Shown: positions 1 to 9,138, numbered from the stretch's first letter. The stretch is 16,305 bases of DNA from a bacterium (GCA_046484135.1 JAWOBU010000085.1:1-16305); one strand, 5' to 3'. Program-made: numbers and translations. Notes: a model not told the origin generated them from the letters alone.

Positions 1-30
1 CATGGGGACAAGCCCCGTCTCCAGCACATT

Positions 31-348
31 CTACTGGAGGAGACCCGCAAACTCCCCAAACTCCCCACCCGGGTTGATCTTTATCTTTTGATTAACCCGG
101 GTGGCCGGTCCTCCGGCCTGCTCCAGCCTGCCGGTGGCCTGAAGGTGGTCGGTCAGGGTGATGAGGTCCATGGGCTGGCCCTTCTCGAACATCTCCCGCA
201 TGGCGTTGAAGAGGACCCGATGGGCACCGGCATAGAAATCCTCCGGCTCCAGCATGTCCATGACCGTAACCAGGGCCTGGTTGTCCAGGGTGATGGCGGC
301 AAGGACCGATTGCTCGGCTTCCAGGTTATGGGGCGGGACCTGCTCCAT
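31..348 (-). pseudogene. dnaB: Replicative DNA helicase DnaB, N-terminal domain only; truncated or interrupted after about codon 82
   Basis: Translation PPHNLEAEQSVLAAITLDN...LEPEDFY...HRVLFNAM...PMDLITL...LEQAGGPA is the typical DnaB N-terminus, with an RBS-like AAGGAAGGT upstream of the ATG at 348. After GGPA (position ~103) the sequence stops resembling DnaB and hits a stop at 31-33. The other two minus-strand frames also close quickly. Confidence 0.75.
65..104. repeat. 15-bp inverted repeat (CCACCCGGGTTGATC / GATTAACCCGGGTGG) with a 10-nt pyrimidine-rich loop
   Basis: Read directly: arms at 65-79 and 90-104, 14 Watson-Crick pairs plus one G-T pair on the + strand. An adjacent 9-bp tandem duplication AAACTCCCC lies at 49-57 and 58-66. 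Confidence 0.85.
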
Positions 349-432
349 TGTAACACCTTCCTTGCTTAGTAAACGTAAGCTTTGACCGGGTTCCCGGTAC
401 TGTAGTTATTATTAACACAACGGGCGGAGCGG

Positions 433-1476
433 TCAAAGGGTTTTATGGTTGCGCTCTTCCGGGAGATCGGTATCAGTCGTTTTTTTGTTGCCGACGAGTT
501 CGGAGTATATGAAGGGCAGGGCGACAGCGCCCAGTATCCACCTCGCCACGTTGAGCAGGAACTGTAGAAGCAGGCTAACAGCCACCAGTACCGCCGGCCT
601 TATGGCGTAGCTGAAGAAGAAGGTCCAGGACCACTGGGTGGTTCCGAGCCTGCCGGGGGTTATGGGGATACTGCTGACCAGGATTCCGAGGGGCATGAAA
701 GCGAAGAGCTCGAAAGGGGAAAGCTCGATGCCGTAGATATTGAAAGCCACAAAGGTAAGGGATATCTGCCAGGCTGCCAGGACCGTTTTCAGGCCGAGCA
801 GGGCCAGCGCTTCCCTGAAGGTGATTGCCCGGAGCGGCGTTACCAAGGAGGACAGCTTCAGCCGGTCGAACAGAGAGCTTTTTTCTCCCGCCTTTCCGGC
901 TTGCAGTACCAGAAAGGCCAGGCCGAGCCATGCCAGAGCGATGAGGAGGGCCACAGTACCAACCGGAGCGCTCCGGATGATTTCCCGCTCTTCCCCCCAA
1001 AGGAGGACTGGCAGGCCGATGGTGGCCACCGCCACCATGCCGTAGATTTCCAGTAGAAAAAGAAACATCACCATGCCGGTGGCGCTGCCCGGCGAGATGC
1101 GGTACTTGCGGGAAAGATGGGCGGCGAGCCCTGCCTGGCCGATCAGGGTGGCGATGGAGGCCAGAAGCATCATGGCGGTGCGGACCAGGAAGACCTCCTT
1201 CCACTTGATGGGGACCCGGAACCGGGTGAAGCCGTACCACATGGCGGTCCCGTCTATCAGGCACACGCCGGCAATGAAGACGACTGAAAGCGCCATGAGC
1301 CTCCCGAGCTTTAGCCATCCCATGGTAACGAGCTCGTTGAAGACCTTTTGGGGGGGAACCAGCTTGAAGAGGAGGTAGAACAGAATTACCAGGACGGCCC
1401 ACATGGCGATCCTTCTCGCCAGGGGGAGCCCTTTTTTAGAAGGCCCGGCGGTCTCAGGAGGACGCGGAGCGGTCAT
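433..1476 (-). CDS. Multi-pass membrane protein, lysylphosphatidylglycerol synthase TM / flippase-like (UPF0104/YbhN-like)
   Basis: About 8 hydrophobic segments and a C-terminal 'SSIPITPGRLGTTQW' resembling the P-x-T-P-G-G-x-G motif of this family. It overlaps the upstream GT2 gene by 23 nt. Confidence 0.7.
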   Translation of the reverse strand: MTAPRPPETAGPSKKGLPLARRIAMWAVLVILFYLLFKLVPPQKVFNELVTMGWLKLGRLMALSVVFIAGVCLIDGTAMWYGFTRFRVPIKWKEVFLVRTAMMLLASIATLIGQAGLAAHLSRKYRISPGSATGMVMFLFLLEIYGMVAVATIGLPVLLWGEEREIIRSAPVGTVALLIALAWLGLAFLVLQAGKAGEKSSLFDRLKLSSLVTPLRAITFREALALLGLKTVLAAWQISLTFVAFNIYGIELSPFELFAFMPLGILVSSIPITPGRLGTTQWSWTFFFSYAIRPAVLVAVSLLLQFLLNVARWILGAVALPFIYSELVGNKKTTDTDLPEERNHKTL

Positions 1477-2434
1477 CAGGCTTCCGGTCGTAGATTTGTT
1501 TTTTCTGGAGGTATAAAAGATGGTCCTGGTTCTTGCGGATTCTTCCCAGCATGTCCGCTACCAGGGCGAGCACGATAAGGAGTCCTCCTATTATGAGGAG
1601 CACGGCGCTCAGGGTTACCACGGACTGGAAGGGCGAAGTCTTTCCTATGATAAGCCACCTTATGAAAAGTGCTCCGCCGGAGCCCGCTCCCAGCGCGGTA
1701 ATGGCGAGGCCGATGAGTCCGAAGAACATGAGGGGCCTGGTATCGCGCAGTGCCAGGAGGATGATGGACCCGGCGCGCAGAGCATACCTGCTGATTGATG
1801 ACGCCACCCGCGACTGTCCGAACTCTCTTTCGCCCCGGACGGGGAGTGGGACCTCGGTCATGCGGACGTTCTTGCGGGCCAGGTCCAGGAAGCTTTCCTG
1901 GGTATAGGTGAAATCTCCGAACAGGTTGAGCCGGAGCACGGTGTCCCGGGTATAGGCCCGGAAACCGCAGGAGACGTCGGTGAACTTCTTGCCGGTTACG
2001 GTGCTGATGATCCGGGACATCCACGCATTCCCCCACCTTTTGACCGCCGGCATCTTGGGGACCAGCTCCGGCTTCTTAAACCTGGTGCAGGTTACAAAGT
2101 CGGCGCGGTCCTCCACAATGGGCATGATAAGCTCCGGGATAGTGGAGGGGTCGAACTGGCCGTCCCCGTCCATGTTCACGATCACGTCGGCGCCCGCGGT
2201 GATGGCCTGGTGGATACCGGTGTTAAAGGCGGCGCCCACGCCTCGGTTCTCCGGGTGGCTGATGACGGACGCGCCTTTCTCCCGGGCGAGCTCCGCGGTT
2301 CGGTCGGTCGAGCCGTCGTCAATCACGATTTTTTCGAGCTCGTCTATTTCCGGAATCTCGGACGGTATCCCGTCCAGCACCTCTCCGATAGTCGCTTGCT
2401 CGTTAAGCGCGGGTATCAATATGACCAGCTTCAA
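1454..2434 (-). CDS. Glycosyltransferase family 2, polyprenol-phosphate glycosyltransferase (DPM1/GtrB-like) with two C-terminal TM helices
   Basis: Motifs LIPALNE, IDDGSTD, NRGVGAA, NMDGDGQF (DxD) and DVSCGFRAY. TTG start preceded by GGAGGGAGG. Two hydrophobic helices near the C-terminus. Confidence 0.9.
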   Translation of the reverse strand: MKLVILIPALNEQATIGEVLDGIPSEIPEIDELEKIVIDDGSTDRTAELAREKGASVISHPENRGVGAAFNTGIHQAITAGADVIVNMDGDGQFDPSTIPELIMPIVEDRADFVTCTRFKKPELVPKMPAVKRWGNAWMSRIISTVTGKKFTDVSCGFRAYTRDTVLRLNLFGDFTYTQESFLDLARKNVRMTEVPLPVRGEREFGQSRVASSISRYALRAGSIILLALRDTRPLMFFGLIGLAITALGAGSGGALFIRWLIIGKTSPFQSVVTLSAVLLIIGGLLIVLALVADMLGRIRKNQDHLLYLQKKQIYDRKPDDRSASS

Positions 2435-2451
2435 AGGGGCCTCCCTCCGGC

Positions 2452-2832
2452 TCAGCCGTCTTGGCTCGGTAAGAGTGATTTGACCGTGTCAAGCACGTTC
2501 CGGGCCATGACAGGCTTGGTGATATAAGCGTTTACTCCCAGGGCGTCGGTTTTCTCTTTCACGTCCATGCCGCCTTCCGTACTTATGATGACGATGGGGA
2601 TGTCTTTGTTCTTCTCATCCTGCCGGATCAGGCTGATCAGCTTCAGGCCGTCCATTAGTGGCATGTTGATGTCCACCAGCGCCAGGTCATAAGCTCTCGA
2701 CTGGACTCTCTTCAGACCGTCCAGGCCGTCTACCGCTTCTTCCACCGTCAGGCCGGAGAGCGGCCGCAAGGCGAAGGTCAAAAGCTGCCGCATGGTAGGG
2801 GAATCCTCCACCAGGAGTACTCGGTGTCCCAT
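2452..2832 (-). CDS. Single-domain response regulator (CheY-like receiver)
   Basis: VLLVEDS acidic pocket, phosphoacceptor in LVDINMP, IISTE and YITKP all present; 126 aa with no output domain. Confidence 0.92.
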   Translation of the reverse strand: MGHRVLLVEDSPTMRQLLTFALRPLSGLTVEEAVDGLDGLKRVQSRAYDLALVDINMPLMDGLKLISLIRQDEKNKDIPIVIISTEGGMDVKEKTDALGVNAYITKPVMARNVLDTVKSLLPSQDG

Positions 2833-2841
2833 CTTCCGCCC

Positions 2842-3693
2842 CTAATGGGTCAACAGATCAAGGAAGCCTTTGATGGTGGCCTGCTTCCGGATCGAGTCGC
2901 CGTAGAGCTTGGCGCTGAAGATAGCGGTGGCCGCGTGCGCGGCCAGGAGGTTAAAGAGGTCGTAATCTATTTTCTGAAGCTTCTCCTTCTGGGAAAGAAG
3001 TTGATATACGACTATGGCGCCTATGACCTCTTCGTTGATCAGGAGGGGAGCGCACACCAAGGGGTTGGACACGTCCAGAGGCTCCTTGGGGTCCATGGTC
3101 TCCCGGTAGTAGTTCTCGCCTTTTTCTACCGACCGGCCGATAATCCCTTCCCCCATCCTTATCGTGGGCATGCCCTCCTTGGGCATCCCCTCTACTTTTA
3201 CCGGCTCCAGCTCGTTCTTCTTGTCGTTCAACATGAGGATGCCGAAGGTCTGGGCGCCGATAAGGTTGATGATGATCTCCGCGATGATATCCAACACCTC
3301 GCCAAGGTCCAGGGTCGAGTGGAGCTGATAGCTGGCCACGTAAAGGTTGGCAAGGTTGTTGTTCTCGCTCTCGATCTCCTGGTAGCGCTGCATGAAGTCC
3401 TTGTTCTCCTCCTCCACCTGCTGGTAATGGTTGAGTATCTCCTGCTTTTCCTGCTTGAGCTCCTCGAAGCGGCGAAGAAGACGGGCCTCCTCCGGGTCAT
3501 GGCCCCCCTCGGTCAAAAGACGCTCCCGCTCCTCCATGAGCTCGTTTACACGGGACTGAAGCTTGCTGTTCTCCTCCATGAGCTCCTTGGTGAACTCCGC
3601 AACCTTCGAGTACATGTCCAGAAAATCACGGCCCTTGGTGAAAAGGTCTTTCGGGCTCTTGCGCTTTCCCTCTTCTTGTGATGAATCGCTCAA
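2842..3693 (-). CDS. Coiled-coil plus GAF domain protein with no output domain
   Basis: Start re-called to the TTG at 3693, in frame with the listed ORF, with GGAGG 7 nt upstream. Heptad-rich N-terminal half followed by GAF hallmarks: LHSTLDLGEVLDII, GEGIIG, CAPLLINEEVIGAI, LLAAHAATAI. Confidence 0.85.
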   Translation of the reverse strand: MSDSSQEEGKRKSPKDLFTKGRDFLDMYSKVAEFTKELMEENSKLQSRVNELMEERERLLTEGGHDPEEARLLRRFEELKQEKQEILNHYQQVEEENKDFMQRYQEIESENNNLANLYVASYQLHSTLDLGEVLDIIAEIIINLIGAQTFGILMLNDKKNELEPVKVEGMPKEGMPTIRMGEGIIGRSVEKGENYYRETMDPKEPLDVSNPLVCAPLLINEEVIGAIVVYQLLSQKEKLQKIDYDLFNLLAAHAATAIFSAKLYGDSIRKQATIKGFLDLLTH

Positions 3694-3798
3694 AATCAAA
3701 CCTCCCCGCCGGCGCCCGCCAAACTCGGCGGACCCGACCCTCGCTATATTATCCTTTATTTTAGTGCATCCTGCCGAGCTTTCGCAAGAACCCCGCAC

Positions 3799-3827
3799 TT
3801 TACTTAAGCGAAAAACAAAAATATCAT
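3799..3827 (+). promoter_or_regulatory. Candidate sigma70 promoter for the Fe-S/AOR operon (TTTACT-17-TATCAT)
   Basis: Hexamers at 3799-3804 and 3822-3827 in the AT-rich divergent intergenic region. An alternative TTTACG-16-TAGTAT lies at 3889-3916. Confidence 0.35.
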
Positions 3828-3868
3828 AATGTAAGTACACTTCTTCTTTCTAGCAGGCATTACATGAT

Positions 3869-3891
3869 GGCGGAGAAAACCGCCTTTTTTT
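3869..3891 (+). terminator. Intrinsic-terminator-like hairpin in the leader of the Fe-S/AOR operon
   Basis: GGCGG-AGAAAA-CCGCC followed by 7 T. Confidence 0.45.
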
Positions 3892-3941
3892 ACGGTAGTA
3901 AGCCGACGAGTAGTATTGAAAGCGAGGGGTCGAGAAGTTTC

Positions 3942-4358
3942 ATGCCATATCTGTCCGGACATTTTGATCTGTGTACCGGCTGCGCCATCTGCGGCCTGGC
4001 CTGCTCTGCGCGCGAGCACGGCGGCTACAACCCCAGGCTGGCCAACCTGGAGATACGCCTCTCCCGCGACGGAATGGTGCATAAACCGGTGGTATGTCAT
4101 CAATGCCGCAATCCCTTCTGTCAAAAGGTCTGCCCGGCCGAGGCCATCTTCCGAGACGAACAAAGCGGGGCCTTGATAGTGGACCCGGACAAGTGCACCG
4201 GCTGTGGCGCATGCGTTACAGCCTGCCCGCTTTCCATGATCAAGCTGGTCGCCGGCGTAGCTCATAAGTGCGATCTTTGCGGAGGAGACCCGCTGTGCGT
4301 AAAGGTTTGCCCGGCCGGCGCTCTTTCGCTGGTCCGGGAAGAGGAGGCGGCCGGATGA
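3942..4358 (+). CDS. 4Fe-4S dicluster (polyferredoxin-type) electron-transfer subunit of AOR
   Basis: Four cysteine clusters: CTGCAICGLAC, CHQCRNPFCQKVCP, CTGCGACVTACP, CDLCGGDPLCVKVCP. Start re-called to the ATG at 3942 after GAGGGGT. The stop overlaps the next start (ATGA). Confidence 0.92.
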   Translation: MPYLSGHFDLCTGCAICGLACSAREHGGYNPRLANLEIRLSRDGMVHKPVVCHQCRNPFCQKVCPAEAIFRDEQSGALIVDPDKCTGCGACVTACPLSMIKLVAGVAHKCDLCGGDPLCVKVCPAGALSLVREEEAAG

Positions 4359-6226
4359 GCTCTTACATGGGAAAGTTCCTGGTTGCCGACCTCTCTTCCG
4401 GGGCGAGCGAGGTATACAATCTTAACCCCTCCATCCGGGACGCACTGGTGGGAGGAAAAGGTGTAGGAGCCCGGCTTCTCTACGACCTTGTCCCGCCGGA
4501 CGCAGATGCGCTGGGCCCTGCGAACGCGCTTATCTTCATGACCGGTCCGCTTACAGGCACTGGCGCGCCGGCCATGCGGGGGTGCGTCATCACCCGCTCG
4601 CCCCTTACCGGTACTTTTCTGGACAGCTACTTCGGCGGACATTTTGCGCCGGAGATAAAGTACGCGGGCTACGACGGCATTGTTATAATCGGGAGCTCGG
4701 AAAAGCCGGTCTATCTTTGGGTAGACGACGGCAGGGTCGAGTTCCGGGACGCATCTCACCTGGAAGGTGCGGACACCTTTGCCGCCAACTGGTCCATAAA
4801 GGACGAGCTCGGCGACGAGAGCGTTAAGGTCGCCTGTATCGGTCCGGCCGGAGAGAACCTGGCCCGGATGGCTCTCATCTCGTGCGAGTACAACCGTCAG
4901 GCGGGCCGCGGCGGCGCAGGCGCGGTCATGGGCTCCAAGAACCTGAAGGCGGTGGCCCTGCGGGGAACTCATCCGGTCATGGTGTCGGACCTCGCAGCCT
5001 TTCAGAAAGCCGCGAACAAGGCCTGCGCCGAGCTCGGGGAAGAGACAATGGGCGATTTTACTTATGGCGGCACCGCGGTGTCTGTGCCCTTTTCCGACGA
5101 GTTCGGGCTGTTGCCTTCCCATAACTACCAGCGCGGTAGCTTTGAAAAGGCGTCCAGCCTGGATGACCAGGCCCAGAAAAAGGCCTTCTGGCTCCGCGAC
5201 CTGGCCTGCGCCGGCTGTCCCATCCGGTGCAGCAAGATGGGAAGGATAAGGTCGGGCCGTTACAAGGGACTCGTGTCCGACGCGGTCGAGTACGAGCTGG
5301 CAGCGCTCCTGGGCGCCAACCTCGAGATCGGGGACGTAAAGGCACTGGTCCATCTTGCCGAGCGTTGCGACGCCCTGGGACTGGACGGCATATCAGCGGG
5401 AGGCGTGATAGGTTTTGCACTGGAAGCGTACGAGAAGGGGATCATAACCTCTGCGGACACCGGCGGGATCGAGCTCGGGTTCGGGAGCGTCGAGTCCGCG
5501 GAGTATCTTCTGGAAGCGATCGCGTTCCGGCAAGGAGGTATTGGCGAGCTTCTGGCGGGCGGAGTAAAACGCGCTTCCGAGGGTCTTGGCAGAGGCTCGG
5601 AATCGTTTGCCGTACATATCAAGGGGCTGGAGTGCCCGGCCTGGGGCCCTCGCGGAGTGCCCGGCATGGCGCTGGCGCTTGCTACTGCTGACCGGGGCGG
5701 CTGCCACCAGCGTGCCTTCCCGGTGATCTACGAGGCGGGCGGCGAATGGAAAGGCGATCCGGTCGAACAGACCGCGGTGGAGGGCAAAGCCGAGATGGTG
5801 TACGAGCCGCAGAACTACCTTGCGGCACTGGACACTTTTATAAAGTGCGACTTCGCGCAGTACGGCATCGGGGAGGACACCTACCGTGAGCTTCTGCGGG
5901 CGGCCACCGGCAAGGAGCTATCAAAGGACGGTCTTTACGAGCTGGGCGAGCGGGTGTGGAACCTGGTGCGGGTGTTCAACGTGCGGCAGGGGTTCACCAG
6001 GAAGGACGACATTCTTCCGGCCCGCTTCATGACGGAGCCTCTGCCGGACGGCCCGGCCAAGGGACACGTGATCTCCGCGCCAATTTTGGACCGGCTTATA
6101 GACGAGTATTACGAGCTTCGGGGATGGGACGAGAACGGGCTTCCCAAACGGGAGACCCTGGAGAGGCTCGGGGTGGTCGAGCTTTTACAGGAGCCGGTGC
6201 TTACGAAGTTTTCGGAAGAAGATTGA
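4355..6226 (+). CDS. aor: Aldehyde:ferredoxin oxidoreductase family protein (tungstopterin, 4Fe-4S)
   Basis: Motifs GPAGEN, AGRGGAGAVMGSKNLKA, CAGCPIRC, EYE, DALGLDGIS, GGCH and C-terminal YYELRGWDENGLP. ATG at 4355 with RBS GAGGAGG, translationally coupled to the Fe-S gene. Confidence 0.93.
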   Translation: MSSYMGKFLVADLSSGASEVYNLNPSIRDALVGGKGVGARLLYDLVPPDADALGPANALIFMTGPLTGTGAPAMRGCVITRSPLTGTFLDSYFGGHFAPEIKYAGYDGIVIIGSSEKPVYLWVDDGRVEFRDASHLEGADTFAANWSIKDELGDESVKVACIGPAGENLARMALISCEYNRQAGRGGAGAVMGSKNLKAVALRGTHPVMVSDLAAFQKAANKACAELGEETMGDFTYGGTAVSVPFSDEFGLLPSHNYQRGSFEKASSLDDQAQKKAFWLRDLACAGCPIRCSKMGRIRSGRYKGLVSDAVEYELAALLGANLEIGDVKALVHLAERCDALGLDGISAGGVIGFALEAYEKGIITSADTGGIELGFGSVESAEYLLEAIAFRQGGIGELLAGGVKRASEGLGRGSESFAVHIKGLECPAWGPRGVPGMALALATADRGGCHQRAFPVIYEAGGEWKGDPVEQTAVEGKAEMVYEPQNYLAALDTFIKCDFAQYGIGEDTYRELLRAATGKELSKDGLYELGERVWNLVRVFNVRQGFTRKDDILPARFMTEPLPDGPAKGHVISAPILDRLIDEYYELRGWDENGLPKRETLERLGVVELLQEPVLTKFSEED

Positions 6227-6282
6227 TCTGGATCGCGGCTTAAATTGGTCGCGCCGTTAATGTCATTAAAGGAGGTTTCAAG

Positions 6283-7119
6283 ATGAATGATACGTACTTG
6301 AAGGGAAAGACGGCCATGGTTACCGGCGGCGCTTCCGGCATGGGGAGGGCCATGGCGCTCGCGTTCGCCAAGACGGGCGCGGACGTGGCCATAGGTTCCC
6401 TTCTTTCCACCCGGTCGTCCCGGAAAGAAGACGGCGAGCTGGTGCACATGCCTTCCACCGACGACCTGGACCGGACCAAAAAGGAGATCGAGTCCCATGG
6501 TGTAAAAGCCCTGGCCATGGAGCTCGACGTTTGCGACAACGAGTCGGTCCGGGCCTTTTACGACGCGGTGATAAAGGAGTTCGGCAAGATTGATGTCCTT
6601 GCCAACGCCGCGGGTATAACCGTGGAGAAGACCATGGTGGGCCATCCGGACGAGCTCTGGGACAAGGTCATTGACGTTAACTTAAACGGCCCCTATCGCA
6701 CCATCAAGCTGGTCCTGCCCGGCATGATCGAGCAGGGGTGGGGCAGGATCATCAACATAGCCAGCACCGCGGCGTCGGTGGGCGCGCCTACCTCGGGCGC
6801 CTACTGCGCGTCCAAGGCGGGCGTAGTCGGGCTTACCCGCTGCGTGGCCCTGGAGGGCGCGGAGAACGGGGTCACCGCCAACACCATCAGCCCGGGCTGG
6901 GTGGAAAGCGACTTCGGCAGGAGCTGGATGTCTCACATAGCCGAGACCGCGGAAGGTAGGAGCGGCGAGGAGTTCATTAACGACGAGAAGTCGAACAACC
7001 CCCAAAAGCGGATGATCCAGCCCTACGAGATCGGCAACCTGGCCGCGTTTCTCTGCAAGGAGGAGTCGTGGGGAATAAACGGCCAGGACCTGACCATCTC
7101 CGGCGGATCCCTGTGGTAG
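6283..7119 (+). CDS. Classical short-chain dehydrogenase/reductase (SDR)
   Basis: TGGASGMG Rossmann motif, NAAG, catalytic S...YCASK, ISPGWV; RBS AAGGAGG upstream. Confidence 0.93.
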   Translation: MNDTYLKGKTAMVTGGASGMGRAMALAFAKTGADVAIGSLLSTRSSRKEDGELVHMPSTDDLDRTKKEIESHGVKALAMELDVCDNESVRAFYDAVIKEFGKIDVLANAAGITVEKTMVGHPDELWDKVIDVNLNGPYRTIKLVLPGMIEQGWGRIINIASTAASVGAPTSGAYCASKAGVVGLTRCVALEGAENGVTANTISPGWVESDFGRSWMSHIAETAEGRSGEEFINDEKSNNPQKRMIQPYEIGNLAAFLCKEESWGINGQDLTISGGSLW

Positions 7120-7178
7120 CGGGCTTGCGCCGTCGCTCCGGCAAGCGGTTCTTGTCGGAAATGAGCCTGTTGCCGGAT

Positions 7179-7928
7179 TTACTTATATTGGATGATGGGG
7201 ATAAACTTGTCCGCTTTTAGGGAGGCTCCTCCCACCAGGGCGCCGTCAATGTCTTGCATTCCCATGAGCTCGGACACGTTCTCCGGCTTTACGCTGCCGC
7301 CGTACTGGATGCGCATGCCTTCGGCAAGCGAGTCGCTGTAGAGGTTTTTTATAAGGTCCCTGATGCGGGCGTGGACCTCCTGGGCCTGGTCCGAGGTCGC
7401 GGTTTTTCCGGTGCCGATGGCCCAGACCGGCTCATAGGCCATGACCAGGTCTTGCAAGTCCTTCTCCTCGATATCCTGAAGCGCTCCTTTTACCTGCCTC
7501 TCGATCACGTCCATGGTCCGGTCCGCCTCGCGCTCTTCCAGGGTCTCGCCGATGCAGACGATGGGTGTGAGCCCGTGGGAGAGGGCCGCTTTGAGCCGCT
7601 TGTTTACGGTCTCGTCGGTCTCGTTAAAGTACTGCCTGCGCTCGGAGTGGCCGATGATGACGTAGGTGCAGCCCGCGTCCTTGAGCATGGGCGCGGACAC
7701 CTCGCCGGTATAAGCGCCCGAGTCCTCCCAGAACAGGTTCTGGGCCATAAGGTGGACGCCCGATCCTTTGATGGCTTCCCTTACCGCGGGAATCACGGTG
7801 TAGACGGGCGCGATCCCGACTTCTATGTCCAGCTCGGCAGCGGCGTCCGCGACTTTTTTTGCCAGCTCGACAGCTTCGCCGCTTGTCAGGTTCAGCTTCC
7901 AGTTTCCTGCTATAAACGGTTTTCGCAT
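7179..7928 (-). CDS. tpiA: Triosephosphate isomerase
   Basis: [38 protein letters not shown]. Confidence 0.98.
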   Translation of the reverse strand: MRKPFIAGNWKLNLTSGEAVELAKKVADAAAELDIEVGIAPVYTVIPAVREAIKGSGVHLMAQNLFWEDSGAYTGEVSAPMLKDAGCTYVIIGHSERRQYFNETDETVNKRLKAALSHGLTPIVCIGETLEEREADRTMDVIERQVKGALQDIEEKDLQDLVMAYEPVWAIGTGKTATSDQAQEVHARIRDLIKNLYSDSLAEGMRIQYGGSVKPENVSELMGMQDIDGALVGGASLKADKFIPIIQYK

Positions 7929-7950
7929 TACTCCCGGCTCCTTTACTTAT

Positions 7951-9138
7951 TCATTGTTCGAGGGCTGCCACTCCGGGGAGGGTCTTTCCTTCCATGAACT
8001 CGAGGGACGCCCCTCCGCCGGTGGAGATGTGGGATATCTTTTCGGCAAGACCCGCCTTGTAGATCGCTGCCACCGAGTCACCTCCCCCGATCACGCTCTC
8101 GGCGCCGGAATCGGCCACCGCTTGCGCTATGGCCATAGTGCCTTTATCAAAGGGGGGTGTCTCGAACACCCCGGCAGGCCCGTTCCAGAAGATGGTCTTG
8201 GCCTCTTTAACGGCCTTGGTGAAGAGTTCCACGGTTTCCGGCCCTATATCAAGGCCCATCATGTTCTCGGGAATCTTGTCCTGTTTTACCACCTGCGTCT
8301 CTACCCCTGCTTCCGGCTTTTGTGCCACCACGTGGTCTAAGGGCAGCTCGATGGGCACGTTATAGTTTCTGCCCTTCTCCAGCAGCTTCGTTGCGGTTTT
8401 TAGCTTGTCGTCCTCGATCCTGCTCGTGCCGACGGGTCTCTTCAGGGCCGCCAGGAAGGTGTAGGCCATGGCACCGCACACCAGTATCCTGTCCACCCTT
8501 TTTATAAGGTTTTCGATGACCCCGATCTTGTCAGACACCTTAGCGCCGCCCAGTATGGCAATGAAGGGCCTTTCCGGGTCCTCCAACAGCTTGCCCAGGT
8601 AGGCGAGCTCCTTTTGCATAAGAAAACCCGCGGCCTTCTCCTCTACGTAGCGCGTGATCCCTGCGGTGCTGGCGTGGGCCCGGTGGGCGGTACCAAAGGC
8701 GTCGTTTATGTAAACGTCGCAAAACGATGCAAGCTGCTGCGCGAACGCGGAGTCGTTGTCCTTTTCCTCGGGGTGGAAGCGGAGGTTCTCGAGAAGAATC
8801 ACTCCTCCTTCGGCCAGGTCCTGCACGTTCTTTTTGACGCCGTCTCCCACGCAGTCGTCCGGAAACACCACCTCGCGGTCCAGCAGGTCCCGGAGCCTTT
8901 CCGCTACCGGGTAGAGCGAGAGGGCCGGGTCTTTCTTTCCTTTCGGTCTTCCCAGGTGGGAGGCCAGGATGAGCCGGGCCTTTTGCTCGATTGCATGCTC
9001 GATGGTGGGCAACGCCGCCTTTATGCGGGAGTCGTCCGTTACCTTCCCCGTCTCTTTATCGAGGGGAACATTGAAGTCCACCCTTATGAACACGCGCTTT
9101 CCGGCAAGGTCCAGGTCGTTGATACCGGCGACACTCAC
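7951..9138 (-). CDS. pgk: Phosphoglycerate kinase
   Basis: [59 protein letters not shown] start after AGGAGG. Confidence 0.98.
   Translation of the reverse strand: MSVAGINDLDLAGKRVFIRVDFNVPLDKETGKVTDDSRIKAALPTIEHAIEQKARLILASHLGRPKGKKDPALSLYPVAERLRDLLDREVVFPDDCVGDGVKKNVQDLAEGGVILLENLRFHPEEKDNDSAFAQQLASFCDVYINDAFGTAHRAHASTAGITRYVEEKAAGFLMQKELAYLGKLLEDPERPFIAILGGAKVSDKIGVIENLIKRVDRILVCGAMAYTFLAALKRPVGTSRIEDDKLKTATKLLEKGRNYNVPIELPLDHVVAQKPEAGVETQVVKQDKIPENMMGLDIGPETVELFTKAVKEAKTIFWNGPAGVFETPPFDKGTMAIAQAVADSGAESVIGGGDSVAAIYKAGLAEKISHISTGGGASLEFMEGKTLPGVAALEQ

Noticed and set aside
34..45. 12-mer CTGGAGGAGACC shared with the end of cas9 (16232-16243)
   Set aside because: Several 12-mer matches are expected by chance in 16 kb and the flanks do not align.
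88..369. Plus-strand ORF antisense to dnaB (frame open from base 1)
   Set aside because: It is the codon-aligned antisense frame of a GC-rich gene with no recognisable protein features. A gene entering from the left cannot be fully excluded without flanking sequence.
3830..3941. Moco/tungsten cofactor riboswitch upstream of aor
   Set aside because: Context is suggestive, but I could not find the conserved multi-stem elements of that motif; only a simple terminator-like hairpin is present.
7123..7146. Bidirectional terminator between the SDR and tpiA (GCTTGC...GCAAGC)
   Set aside because: Short stem with a large loop and no clear U tract on either strand; too weak to call.
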